Positions 1 to 13,190 of a stretch of 64,000 nucleotides of DNA are shown piece by piece. Numbering within the stretch: position 1 is the stretch's first letter; every line of letters starts with the position of its first letter. The notes beneath the pieces are model-generated. The model ran no database searches. It had not been told where the DNA came from and saw only the letters and a list, made by a program, of their open reading frames with translations. Source of the DNA: Lytechinus pictus. Lineage: Eukaryota. The stretch spans positions 42,038,001 to 42,102,000 of the forward strand of contig NC_087251.1 in NCBI RefSeq assembly GCF_037042905.1, written 5' to 3'. A program made the position numbers and the translations under genes.

Positions 1-60
1 CTCAAGTCAGTCTCCCGTAAGATAGCTACCGGAGAGCTTTCGTCTGCACGTCTGAAGTGA
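1..60 (+). CDS. Possible 3' end of a terminal coding exon of an upstream gene (LKSVSRKIATGELSSARLK*), unidentified
   Basis: Frame 1 is open from base 1 to TGA at 58-60. It is more GC-rich than the AT-rich, CpG-poor 3'UTR/intron-like sequence that follows. Too short to identify. Confidence 0.2.
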   Translation, partial: LKSVSRKIATGELSSARLK

Positions 61-1699
61 AGTAGCTCTCATTCGGGTACTTGCACTTCAGACTGCTTGT
101 ATATTACCCTATTAGTCTTTTTTTTTTTACTAAACCATGCTTTGATTAACACTTGCTGAAGACTGGTAAATTATATGTGATATGCTGTAAATATATTATC
201 AGATCATGTGTGATGTTTTTTTTTTAGGAAAAGGGATATGAAGATGTATATTTGCCCTGATCCGTGTACATGCATTCACTGGAAGTGCTTTTATTTAACT
301 GTTTTTTTGAATGGCAGATTAGAAGGAGATCATAGATTGTATTGTGAATTTATGAAACTGTAAATCATGATCTTTAGAAACTGCCCTGTTTGCTGATGAT
401 AAAGCAATTGTGAGTACTCTGAACTGCTTTTAGATCTGGTCTTTAATACCCAGTTATTTGTGTGGTTTTTTTTGGTCATAGATGGAAAGAATAACATCAA
501 TCCCTTTAAAATAATCATAATGATCATTGTTTTAAATTATGTTGATCAGGATTCTGCCCCGTCACTGCAATCTGTAAATAGGATTACTTCCACTCAGGCA
601 GGGTCGGCAATAAATCACTTTATTTTCATTTTTTGTTTTTTTCTTTATTTTTCATTTTGGGACTTTGCAATCCTTGCGTCTTATTTCTTCATCCTTCTCT
701 ATTAATTCATGTATATCTTATTCCTATCCTTTCTCTCCTACCCTTTGGTAGTCTAAACTCAAGCACTCAAAGTAATTTTACATTTTCATCAAACTCTCTC
801 GTGTAAACATTCTTGATGTATATTTGAAAGTAATATTCAAATGTATTTTATATACTTGTAGTGCCTGTGGTGTGGACTCTTTCCATGGCAGTGCCTCTTT
901 TTTTATACTCCATTCTTCTAGCTATTGATAACAAAAATTGTTGAAAAAATATAGTATTTGACATTCCAGTAGAATGTAGAGGTAGATTCTTCAGCATTGA
1001 AATATTTATTGTAGTCAAGACTGTTCTGAGTATGAGTGCCTCGATCCCTTTATATATTTATCAGGAGGAGAGCTGGGCATAGAGTTTTGCTAGGATTAGC
1101 AATTCACATTAAATCAGTCTTTTATTTGAGTATTTGCTATGAATCAATAGGTAATAATTTACCTAAAAGCTATTCATCTAATCATGATGTTAAAGTAGAA
1201 GCAAATTAATGGACAAACTTCTGAAGTCACCCAATTTACTGAAATCATTTTCACAAGTATCTTTTCTATGCCGTCAATACAAATGACAATTTCTTGGAAA
1301 GAAATTAATATAGAAAATGCCCAAGTTCTTCCTTTTATATTTCTTTGTTGGACTGCGGGCACACCCGATCTCACTAGGATGTTGAAATTTGCTGTGTTTG
1401 AATTTCTAATGATACTGGCTTGGATATACAGGGTTTTTCAATCAATCAGATTGTGGTTATTTCACCTAGTTTAGTTGAGAATCTATAACAGTACTAAACA
1501 ATTTGTGTCATATTTTATCTTGAGGATAATAATGGAAGCATGCTACAGCCCACATATTAATTGACTCTTGCCACTTATTGATTGAGATACTAGATCGTGT
1601 GATAAGGTTGATGTTCCTTTTCTTCTCTATGTTCACTATTTCAAAGCAAAAAAAATTCTGCCGGTTCATTTAGCAATGTCACACTTGGAGTACTGTTTA

Positions 1700-1833
1700 C
1701 AGGTGCAATTTTACACCCCTCTGATCTAAAAGGGGCAAAGTTGCACCTATAAACAGGATAAGGTCCTCCCAGTGTACCATTGGGTTGCACCCAATAAGGG
1801 TGCAGAGTTGAACCCTATTTTTCTTAGAGTGTA
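1700..1833 (-). mobile_element. MITE fragment with GGTGCAAnnTTGCACC sub-repeats
   Basis: Repeated ggtgca...tgcacc palindromic units ending in TTTTCTTAGAGTG-TA. A related segment lies in the opposite orientation at ~7605-7830. Confidence 0.4.
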
Positions 1834-3229
1834 ACTCTTTCCTTCACATTGAATCCGCTAGCTATGTAAATTTTGTCTACCTCAAAATATTCAAATCAAT
1901 AAGGAAAGGGCATAGATTTTCTTTCAACTCTGATTGACCGATCCTATTTCGAATTGATTCTTGGTGTGTTTTATGTCCAGGAATGGGACTAAGTACATAA
2001 ATGTGTGGCATTATGACTCACTGTTCTTTATAATGTTTGAAAAACATTTTTTTTATTCAGTAATTTGACATTGCTCATAAAAGTGGCTGTCCATTTTATT
2101 TCAAAATAACTTCATAAAGGATCTCTTAAATATTGGCAGTGTATGGTGTTCTTGTACAAAACTAGGCTGAAAGATTTAATAATGTGCCTCATTATGTGTG
2201 AACATTTTTATGAGTACCTAATTTTAATATTGTGTGAAATTTAGATTGTATATTTGTATTCTAAATAAGACTTAGCATAGACATATGATGTAAACTGAGA
2301 ATGAAATTAGTTTTGCATTAAAGTGATCCTTCTGAGTTGGCATATATTCAAAGAGGCATGCTTTTCTGGCACTTCTTCCCATCCTATATTTAATTTTATT
2401 ATATTTTTGGTTTGTTCTAGGTTTCTAATAAGGGATTTTACGATTTCATGATTGAAATTGGGATATTTCATATTTTTTTTGTGTATCTCCATAAGTATAC
2501 TTGTTTTAAATTAATATAACTGAAACTCTAATTTGACCAACTCTTAAAAAAAAAAGCTTGCCATGAGAAACGTAAACTGTTTTTGCCAAAATACAGCATT
2601 CTTGTCACAAATTTTCATGAAGTAGCAAAGCTATGATGACCACTTCTAAATCATCTCCCCAACAAAATTGTTCTATTATTTTGAAACTCATATTTTATAT
2701 TTTACTGTAATATATAGCAAAGCTTTTTTGTTTACAAAAGCAATGTATTGGGGGTTGGGTTATCACATCTCATGTTATTTTTAGTCTCATTTATTTATCG
2801 CCAGTAAGACAGAAAGAAGTGTGGTTTCAATGGGAGGTGTGCTCACATGCTTGTTAACTGGATTGACATAAATTGTTTTTGAGTATTTACATTATAATAT
2901 TTGATACATGGATATTTATTGTAGGCAGAATATGAAATAATGATGTATTATCTAGAGTGTTATCGGGTCTATAAATGGCTTGATGTCATTGTTTGTTTTG
3001 TCAGGAATTTTAGGTACAATTTGTTCTAGATATACCCTACTTTTATGGTAGCTGTAATATGTATATATGATGTCAGATGAATCTCATGGTATTGATTTTT
3101 ATTTCCTTTTTCTCTTATTTTCTTTCGTTTATGGTGTATTTGGGCATCTAGGGATACCGAAAATAAAATGGTAAGAAAACGTAAATTGTATTGCTGTATT
3201 GCCTAGTTTCATGGAGTGAATTTTGATTG

Positions 3230-5080
3230 GTTGGTTGGTTGACCGAGTGAGTGAAAGTATTTTGAATTCTCCCACTGAGATCAACTGATACATATATGAT
3301 GTGAATAATAAATTATACTAAATATAATTAGCTTTTGAATGTGTAGGAGTGAATGGGCGAGTACATAGGCAGTTAGTGAGTTCAGTAGAGTCAGTTACTT
3401 TGAGCAAGTGAGTGGATAAAGTGAGTTTGTGAATGTGTGAATTAGTGAGTGGATGAGGATGGGAATGAGTTGTAAATCTTAATGAGTTGTTTGAATGAGT
3501 ATGTAATTGAGCAAGAGAATGAATAGTGTAGTGTGTTTAATTTGGTGAATGAGGTAGTGAGTTAGTTAATATGTGAATGAGTTGTTGAATTGATATGTGA
3601 GTGAATGAATGAGGTAGTGAATCTAATTGGTGAGTGTGTGGATAGGGTGGTGAGTGATAAAAGTACACATTTAGTGAGTTGGTGAATAAGGCACTCGAGG
3701 TGTTTCAATGAGTTGGTAAAGGAATGAGGGTGTGACCGAGTTGTTGAGTTATTGTGCGAGTTGGAGGGTAGGTGAGTGAGTAAATGGGGTTGCTAGTTTA
3801 ATTGGTGAAGAGCTAATGAGTTCGTGGGTGGGTGAATGCATTATGTTGAAGGGATCAGTGAATAAGTGAGTGAGGGTATGAACAAGTTGTTGAGTTCGTG
3901 TATGAATGATTTAGTAGGTGAGTGCGTGAGTTAAAAAGTAAGTTTAATTGGCGAATGAAGTAGTGAGTAAGTTGGTGGGTGAGTGAGTAAGTGAATGGAG
4001 GAGTGAGTGAACGTGTTAGTGAGTTGGTGATTAAGCAAATTAAGTATTTAGTGAGAGTGTGAATGAGAGGGTGTGTGAATGAGGGTGTGATTGAGTCGTT
4101 GAGTCAGTGGGTGAGTGTGTGAGTGACTGATGAGTGAGTGAGTGAGTAATGAGGGTGGGAACAAGTTGTTGAGTTAATGGGTGAGTGAATGAGGTAGTGA
4201 GTGACTGGTGAGTGAGTGAGTAATGAGAGTGGGAACAAGTTGTTGAGTTAGTGGGTGAGTGCGTGAGTGAATGAGGTAGTGAGTGAGTAATGAGGGTGGG
4301 AACAAGTTGTTGAGTTAGTGGGTGAGTGCGTGAGTGAATGAGGTAGTGAGTGACTGGTGAGTGAGTGAGTAATGAGGGTGGGAACAAGTTGTTGAGTTAG
4401 TGGGTAAGTGAATGAGGTAGTGAGTGAGTGAGTGAGTGATGAGGGTGGGAACAAGTTTAGTTAGTGGGTGAGTGTGTGACTGAATAAGGTAGTGAGTGAC
4501 TGGTGAGTGAGTCAGTAATGAGGGTGAGAACAAGTTGTTGAGTTAGTGGGTGAGTGTGTGAGTGAATGGAGTGAATGAGGTAGTGAATGACTGATGAGTG
4601 AGTGAGTAACGAGGGTGGGAACAAGTTGTTGAGTTAGTGGGTGAGTGTGTGAGTGAATGAGGTAGTGAGTGAGTGAGTAATGAGGGTGGGAACAAGTTGT
4701 TGAGTTAGTGGGTGAGTGGGTGAGTGAATGGAGTGAATGAGGTAGTGAGTGAGTGGTGAGTGTGTGAGGGTGGGAACAAGTTGTTGAGTTAGTGGGTGAG
4801 TGCTTGAGAAGTGCATTTAATTGGTGAATGAGGTAGGGAATGAGTGAATGGGGTGCTGAGTTTAATTGGGTGAACGTGTGAGTAAGTTGGTGATAAAGTG
4901 GTCGAGGTAATGACACTGTGGATGAGTGAGTGAATGAGGGTGTGAATCGATTGTTGAGTTGGTATATGAATGAGTTCGTCGGGGATAGAGGTGTACCGGT
5001 TTTAGTGAGTGGATAAGTGAAAAAATTAATACGAATGAGGAGTATACTTAGAAAAGTAAATGGATGTGTGAATGAATGAT
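3230..5080. repeat. GT-rich (TGAG-based) minisatellite with homogeneous core and degenerate flanks
   Basis: About nine units of 66-92 bp anchored on TAATGAGGGTGGGAACAAGTTGTTGAGTTAGTGGGTGAGT at ~4140-4800. The + strand is almost C-free. It explains the His/Thr/Ser/Leu ORFs on -. Confidence 0.9.
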
Positions 5081-7043
5081 TTTAGGTAAATATTTAAGGT
5101 GTTAATATGTCTTAATACTGCTGATATGTTTGATAAGTATATATTCGAACACTTAAGATACAATCGTTGTCTAAAAAAAAACTATAAATCACTGTGATTA
5201 ATTGACATTTAAATCGCAAATAATTCCTCACAAGGAGGTGTTCGGAAATCATGCTTCCAAGAGAATGGTTTGTATAATGGAATCGATTTAAAGTATTATA
5301 CATTTAATAATTTAAATATTTATTTTCAAAATAGTAAAAGAGAATATGGCTGAAGACGAATATTATTTGACCTTCCCATCTCTATTTCTTTTTCTCCAAT
5401 AAAATTTCCAAAGTCCCTGCATTATGATAGATGAAGTTATATAGGAATCGAAAGTTCAAACATTCACAGGCGTATTTATCTCGATAATGATTAAATTCAC
5501 ACATTTTTAGAAGAGCAATAATAATGTTCGCTCGGCTCCGGCGTGGGTTTACAGTTTCAATGTTAAATGTAGAGACATTTATGAAGATGAACTTGACTGT
5601 ATTAATACATTGCCTTGGGAGCTAATAAGATCTTAATAATTATTTTTCCCAAAAATTCACAGTGTCCCTTAGATTCAAGCAAGGATATAATGTAGTCGTC
5701 CTCTCTCGTATATTGAATATCGCTGGTCGTATGGGTGTTTGATTGTGTGTTTATTAGAATGATTCATATACTTCACTGCGTAATGAATAACCGAGAAGAT
5801 AATCATCTCATACAGGAAGAATACACTAATTCTATTGCTTCTTTATCTGTCATGAAAAAAACTTCTGATTATTGTCATATCTGTTTCAAGAAATTGCTCT
5901 GGCTGAAACTCAACTCTTCACAGCCTTCCTTTCAATGTCTCAGGTTTAAAATTTGGAAAGAAAAAAAAATCAACTGAAAATGCAACTGCCCGACACTCGA
6001 TTCTTATGGCGTACTTTTTCATGTAGGGACTGACAAAAACGGCAGAACACACACAATTATCGTATTTCACGATCAAGTTTCATCACTGAGTGATTTAGAT
6101 TAATCCCTTAATCTGGCTATTCGTCTTATATAGGATTAACAACTTACAATCGGATGTAAACCAAGAATGACACAAAAACAATCGTAGCTTATCTGACTGA
6201 GGTTTCTTTACACTTCGTTTTTAATGATTCTGTTTTTATGTGTCAACCGGAATATGAAGATCCATTCTTCTTTCAAACTGAGTAGCAAACAAAAAAAACA
6301 AAAAAACGAGAAGAGGAGTAAAATAATAGATTTTGTTAAAGAGCTCATTTGGTATTTTAATTTAGAAGATGAGAGGAAGGAAGGTTGGTTTCGGTCTTTT
6401 TAAGGTCTCCGAGTAATTGTTTACTGCCGGAATGTGTAATCTGTTGTTTATGAAACATGGGCTGGAAGGCCACACTACCAGTAATTGCCAAGGCAGAATC
6501 ATTTTCGGCACGCGATCCGTAAACTTTATAGGAAATACGTTTAGGCATCTATCGTGGGGAAGGTGCTTGTACTTCTTTCACAATCTTTAAAGTTAGTGAT
6601 GACTTCAAAAACTTTTATGACGTCATAGTTCTTTTAAAAACCCTTTTGTTGCGCAATATAGTATCGGGTAAGAGTCAACCCTATTCCGCATTCCGATCTT
6701 GATCCCAGATAATTGCTCTTTCTATGAATTTGACTTCGTTCAATTTAATAATACAAAAGTAGCTGTAAATGATAGTAATATAATCGCATTTTTTCTTTTA
6801 CTACTTTATTTGTGTGTGATTTCATTTCACAATTGCACAGTATTGGTCAATATATGTGTTTTGATAGTAAATTCGGATTTAAAGATGATAATCAAGTATC
6901 TCCAGTTTGTCTCCATTATATAAGTACATGATACTGGCTCGTGGTATTTTTTGGGGGGAGGGGGCAATATGAATATATTCGTTACCTTATCGTCGAGTGG
7001 TGATGAATACTTCAGGGCGTAAAACTCACGCGATTTGCAAATA

Positions 7044-7180
7044 AATGTGATTTAGAGTGCATTCATGATGGGAGCGTTCTTTCTTAATGATTTTATTATG
7101 TGGTAACAAAATCAAATGTGAGCTCAAAAGTACATTCATCGGAGCATACTTTCTTAATGATTTTATTATGTGGTAACAAC
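7044..7180. repeat. ~70-bp tandem duplication
   Basis: CTTTCTTAATGATTTTATTATGTGGTAACAA occurs twice about 70 bp apart, with diverged upstream halves. Confidence 0.8.
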
Positions 7181-7604
7181 ATTGCGATCACGTTCTTCCT
7201 TCCTTCTTACTTTCAATGTGTTTTTAATCGGTCAGGTATGTTTCCATCAACCCCTTAGCTCACGTTAATCCAGTTACATCCGTCTGACGCATTCTGCAGC
7301 CGTCAGAACATCAAGAAAAATGAAATTTGAAAGAAATCAAATCATAAGGATAATTTCTCCTTGAGTAATGCTATCAATACTTGATCACGTCTTTAGCTGT
7401 TTAATCTTCTGATCGTCGGTGAGATTCCACGAGATTGAATCACCCAAGGACTTCATTCAATACCACAAACATACACAAATCTGCAAACTCACGGCGAAAT
7501 ATTAATCATATGTATGTAGCTATTTCATAGTGATTAGTAATCTATAGAGCTGTAGGCATAGGCCTGTAATAATATTTGCTAATGCCATAAGTAAGGAATA
7601 ATAT

Positions 7605-7830
7605 TATCTAAGAAAATAGGCGCATCTTTGCACCCTTACGAATGTCTCATTGGGAGCACAATTCAAAGGTGCAACTTTGCACCTTCTATATCTCATGGAA
7701 GTACATTTAATGGTGCAACTTTGCACTTTCAATGTCTCATTGGAAGCACATGTTGAGGCGCAACTTTGCATCATACAGAACGAAGGATGCAAAATTGCAC
7801 CTTTTTACAGGTGAGTCCCCTATCTAAAAT
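7605..7830 (+). mobile_element. MITE fragment, same family as 1700-1833
   Basis: Starts CTAAGAAAATAGG, followed by repeated GGTGCAACTTTGCAC units. Confidence 0.45.
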
Positions 7831-9953
7831 ATGCAGTTACAACTTATAAGGTGTTCTCAGTGTTGCATTGGTCTGTACCTTTCATAATAATAAGATAATC
7901 TGATATTTTGGAAAATAATACTATTAAGGGTGCAACGATCATGACGATGCAACGTATCGTTCTTACAGTGTAGACTGTAAGACATTTGATTATCATTTTA
8001 AACATTTGATAGTTCATTTCAACATATCTCTGACATGACATTTGTTATGTCACATATCTAATGAAAACGAAAACGAAAAGAAGACAATTATTTGTGACTG
8101 ATGGATCTTGTATAAGAAAATTGTACAAGAAAATGTCGCGACGTCAAAATAAGCACATACATTAGTACATAAATGCATTGTAATAGAGAGCGAGGTAATG
8201 TTCGTGGGTAAAAAAGGAAAAAAGTTGTTAAGAATGAAAAAAAATGGTTTTCATGTTGCTTTGTTTAATGAAAGTCATTGTGACTATTTCCATTTCGATT
8301 CTGGCATTTTGAAGAAAAAAAACACATTCGATGGTTTGTTAATTATGAAATTCACTTTTAATCGGAAGGCTCAGAATAGTCAGAAAACTATTCCTCATGT
8401 ATAAGGAAAATCAAGTACATTCTTAAGTCGTATTTGTGATGTAATATCCTGGCGCACTTCTGCATTGATTAGTAGATTTAGATTTAGATTTAGATTTTAT
8501 TTCCGTTCAACAATTTTTTTCAAAATATAATCAAAGTAACAATACATATTCAATATAATCGATAATACAGTACACTTATTATGTAACCTGAATGACTCAC
8601 TAATTTATTTTTTTTTTAATTTACAAACAAGTAAATTTATACGTATATTTCAATTCTTTATTCCATTTCCATTCAAAACATAATACAAAGTAATATAAAT
8701 CAAGTACAATTTTACAGACGAGCATTCTTACTTCGTATAAAAACACACACCAAAAAACAGTATAATATTGAGCATAAATGGAAATGAGGGGTGTCCACTA
8801 AAAGCAAAGCTTGTCAAGTGTGGATCCCCCTTGGAAATGAAGAAAATATTGTCGACTTATTCATATATATCCGTATAATACAGGAAAGAAAAAAGAGAGA
8901 AGGAACAAAAAGTCGAAATCATATCGATGCAAACATAATTACTGACCAAATGCAAAGCTATTCAAAACTAGATTCATGAATCTATTTCAAGTTTCTATTT
9001 TACCATCAATCATTAGAATACGAAGTACAATGACATTCATTGGCTTTCAAATTAAATCTTCCAAAAAAAAAACCCAGCTTACTGTGGATATTTAGTTTTC
9101 GACACTGATATCTCATCCTCGTATTAATCAAACCGTGATAAATAATCATTCTGTGGTGTGTATGCCAATTTGGCGATTTATACAAGAAAATATATAAGTG
9201 GTATAATGAAAAACACGAATTCATGATACCTCCGTATAGTGCAACAGGAAATAAGAAGGAGTCGTTGCGTTAGGATTCGAGCAATAATTTGAGATGTATC
9301 AAGGATATCACAAAGCGAAAATTAATTCAAATTATTCTGACGCGCTGTGGGTCTTTCTTTTTCGTACTTCATTAAGTCTATATGGGAAATGAAAGGATGA
9401 AGGAAATTGACGGTAGGACAATGCCAGCGTTACGATTTGGCCTGGGTAGGGTAAATTAGCTGCGGTCTTCTCCGGGATGCGCAGCCGACCACGACGAGGG
9501 GATGGATATCTCCCTCCATGCAGCGCTCCTTGACTTGATGATTATATTCTACAGGTAGCCATGGCATCAAGCAACTTGCTAACCCGGAGAATCGGGGTAG
9601 ATTGAATAGGAATACAGCTAGATACAAACACTTGTTGCTTGTCGCCAGATGTACTTTCTCTGGAAAATGAAATATAATGCATCGTTGGTCACGGGTTGGT
9701 CCGCCATATTTTTTTTTTAATTATTTCATCCGGTTAATATTCTGATAATGAGAACTTGGCAAAGGAAATTGGTCGGCTCTGGTTTTATGCGTCTTGTATA
9801 CAGTACCCCATCATTTGTTGTATTCTCCATCTTCTGTCTTTTGACACCAATCCACCTGCACACTCGCTCTGTCTGGATGTCTGTGTGTGCAGGATGTGCG
9901 CGTTTCTCCCCCTCTCTCTCTCCCTTTCTTTCTCTCTCTTCCTCTCTCTCGGT

Positions 9954-10172
9954 TGCACAAACAAAATAGTTGGGCAAAAAAATGCCCAACTATTAACCAA
10001 CCCTCGGCAACATACTGTCCACACAACTATTGGTTGAAATTTGCCCAAATTGGGTAATAAAAACTAATAATTGGGTAATAAATTTGCTCAATTTGATAAT
10101 AATTGCCAAAATATAATTTTTTTTACCAACATACATTACCCAACAAAGTGGACAGTATATTGCCCAACAAGT
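9954..10172. mobile_element. Degenerate palindromic MITE with TTGGGTAA/TTGCCCAA sub-repeats
   Basis: GGCAACATACTGTCCAC (~10005) is the near reverse complement of GTGGACAGTATATTGCC (~10150). Multiple ttgcccaa/ttgggtaa motifs. Confidence 0.5.
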
Positions 10173-10704
10173 GTTCACACACAGGCCTACACCATGTACA
10201 CTGTCTTTCTTCCTTCCCCTCCCCCCCCCCCCCTCTTTCCCTTTCCTTCCCTCTCTTTCTCATTTTCCCTCTTTGTCTCTCATATTCACTCTTTTTATTC
10301 CTTTCTCTTTCTGTATTCTCTCATTTTCTATTTCCATATGCTATTTCTGCTTTTTACTCTTTTGTTCGATCACCCCACCCCACTTTGTAGCTGCCAAGTA
10401 AACATATCATTGCATAATAGGAAAACTTGATTTAAAACGATATTATCATAAACTGCTTTTGTGGTCTCCATAATACTGAGTGAGTAATACTAGTACCACG
10501 AAAACATCACATTAATTACGAGAGTTAGAAATATCACCGAAAGGGGGACACCATCCCCCCCCCCCCGTCCCCTACCCGGTGATCAGCTCCGCATTGCCAT
10601 TAGGTCGTATATCCCGCCCCTTCATAAAAAAAAAATATATATACCCCCTCCTGCTCACATTTCCATTATAATTATACATCCCCTTTCTTTATCTCTTTCC
10701 CATA

Positions 10705-10986
10705 CACTGTTACAAAAACCCCTGATTTTACAGAAAAATAAAAGAAGATTTTGCAGAAAGCAATAACAGAATCATTCTGTAAATTCATAAAGCAGGAGAT
10801 TTTCTGCAATTTAACAGAACAGGTCTGTTTAAAAAGGGGGAAAAAGTGTTTGAATTACAGAAATTTGTAAGGTTCCATAAACCAAATACCAATTTCCTGT
10901 AAGATTGCGCAATCTGGTAAGATTACAGGTGTTCTCGATACTGCTGCAGGAACTTCTTTTATTTTAAGGATGATTTTCTAACAGTG
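10705..10986 (+). mobile_element. ~280-bp non-autonomous DNA element with CACTG...CAGTG ends (CACTA/EnSpm-like), copy 1
   Basis: TA-CACTGT ... ACAGTG-TA. Near-identical to 35060-35332 and, inverted, to 36762-37042. Confidence 0.85.
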
Positions 10987-12029
10987 TAGGCTACCCTGCT
11001 CATTTTGTTTTTCAATCATAATTTCTTTTTCCTCTCAGATATTTCGTATGTTAGCCATGCTCATGCTCCTTGATCGGGTCAAGCATATACAGATGAAAAA
11101 CTAAATCGTTTAGTACCCTGTATAGTATATAATATGCAGCTATATTTTATTTGTAATTTATTCTATTCACTGACAATATAACAAAGCGATGCTTATTAAC
11201 AAAATGCAAGGTGTTACTTCACATATACGGGTATACTTATACAGCTTACTCAAGCCGTAATCATTAATCAATTCAACTTAATTCATGCAATCCACTTCCA
11301 CTTAAAGTGGAGTGAACAATATGAATATCCTTGTTTTATTTCCATACATCAGATGCATTATTTTTTTGTCAATATGAACCGTGAATTGTCTTCAAAACTG
11401 CCTGTTTTATTGGTCGCTGTATAATTTAGTAGCGTTCAAGTAACATCATTTAACTTTACCTAATGCACTGATATCATGGATATAAATTACTCTCTTTATT
11501 TTCGTTCAAAATGTTAAAATGAATGTGACTGAAAAATTATTTGCATTTTTTATTTACATAATAAGAGTCGACGTAAGACATTTTTTTATTAAATGATACA
11601 AGTGCATTTCAGGTTTTGTTCATAATGATATTGGCCAGTGCTGACAGTCTTAAGTGAACTGAATTGAATGTTATTTGTATTTTTCACAGACGTAAAGCAT
11701 TAAACCATATATATCCCCGATTTTGCATGTAAAGTTTCATACAATCATGGGCCTAATTCAAGTACATAGTAAGTTTTATTCATTCTTTAGTGAAAACATA
11801 CAAAAAATACCCTTTATCTTCAGGGTCGTTTTCAAAGAACATACTGTAGGTTCAAAATGCGAAATTTACCAGTGAAAGTTACCCACTGCAAGTCTCTCCG
11901 CTCACAATCGCCTCTTTGCTACCAAAATTTAATTATATCCTTTCAGTAAGTTCAAAATTTCAAGTTTAACTGCTGACATTTTTTTTTCTAACTCTCTCTT
12001 TTTGTTGCTAAGCTACCTTGCATAGTTAA

Positions 12030-12616
12030 AGGAAAAGTCCACCCCAACAAAAAGCTTATTTGAATAAAAAGAGAAAAATCCAACAAGCATAACACTAGAA
12101 ATTTCATCAAAATTGGTTGTAAAATAAGAAAGTTATGAAATTTTAAAGTTTCGCTTAATTTCACAAAACAGTTACACATCCTGGCTGGTATGCAAATGAT
12201 GAAACTATGACGTCATCCACTCACTATTTCTTTTGTATTTTATTATATGAAATGTGAAATATTCTAATTTTCTCCTCATTGTCAAGTAATACAACGATTA
12301 ATTCCTCCCTGAACATGTGGAATTAGCATTGTTTAATACTATATGGCTCAGTCAAATCGGTTCTTATTGTCAAATCTGTAAAAAATGAAATATTGTATAA
12401 TTCAAACAATAAAAAACAAAAGAAATAGTGAGTGATTGACATCATCGACTGACTATCCTAGTTGTGCATATCACTGCTGTGTGAAAAATAAGCGAAACTT
12501 TAAAATGTCATAACTTTCTTATTTTATATCCGATTTTGATGAAATTTTCAGCACTATGCTAATTTGATTTTTCTCTATTTATTCAAGTCAGCATTTTCCT
12601 TGGGTGGACTTGACCT
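12030..12616 (+). mobile_element. Kolobok/T2-like MITE, copy 1
   Basis: TTAA flanks (12026-29, 12617-20), AGG...CCT termini and long imperfect terminal inverted repeats (TIRs; AAGTCCACCC). Homologous to 14705-15280 and 42079-42498. Confidence 0.85.
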
Positions 12617-12840
12617 TTAATGTTCATGCCTCTCCTACATTTACTTTTCGTGTCTAAATTAATCTTCCCATGGAGATGATCTTCCTCCCTTTTTTGCATC
12701 GTTTTACTGGCTCCTTCCTCTAGACCCCCCCCCCCTTCTGAAGATCTCTGGCTAATTCGGCATGGGTGATGTAATCATATTGGTAAATTCTGTATACTAA
12801 GTCCCAAATTCATGTTTATTGGCTACATGACGTATGTGGT

Positions 12841-13190
12841 TAATAATAATAGTGATATACTGAGTTATAAGCGCAGAAACTATGTGCATATATTCTACTG
12901 CGCTGCAATTAAGAGCGTGTGAAATGCTTGAGAACAAATCTAGAAAAAGAGGGAAAGGGGAAAAGAAATGTACATGTATGGGAATTATTTGAACAGATAG
13001 GTTTTTAGTCTAAGTTTGAACGTTTCTATATACTGATGGACAGGATCTTGTGGCAAACCATTCCATAATTTTGGGGCTGCACAGGCAAAAGCACGATCTC
13101 CCAAAGTTATCTTTGTATTATGAGTGGGGATGTGAAGGAGCAAATTATCATGTGCATGTAACCTTATGTTGATAACTGTGTCCATACTTA
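12841..13190 (-). mobile_element. 3' fragment of an L2/CR1-group LINE
   Basis: ORF 12985-13185 reads GDRAFACAAPKLWNGLP...FKLRLKTYLF, the typical L2 ORF2 C-terminus. It is followed on - by a GCGCAG...CTGCGC stem and a (TAT)n tail. Confidence 0.85.

Noticed and set aside
4040..4916. His/Thr/Ser/Leu-rich ORFs on the - strand
   Set aside because: They are translations of the TGAG minisatellite, open in several frames at once.
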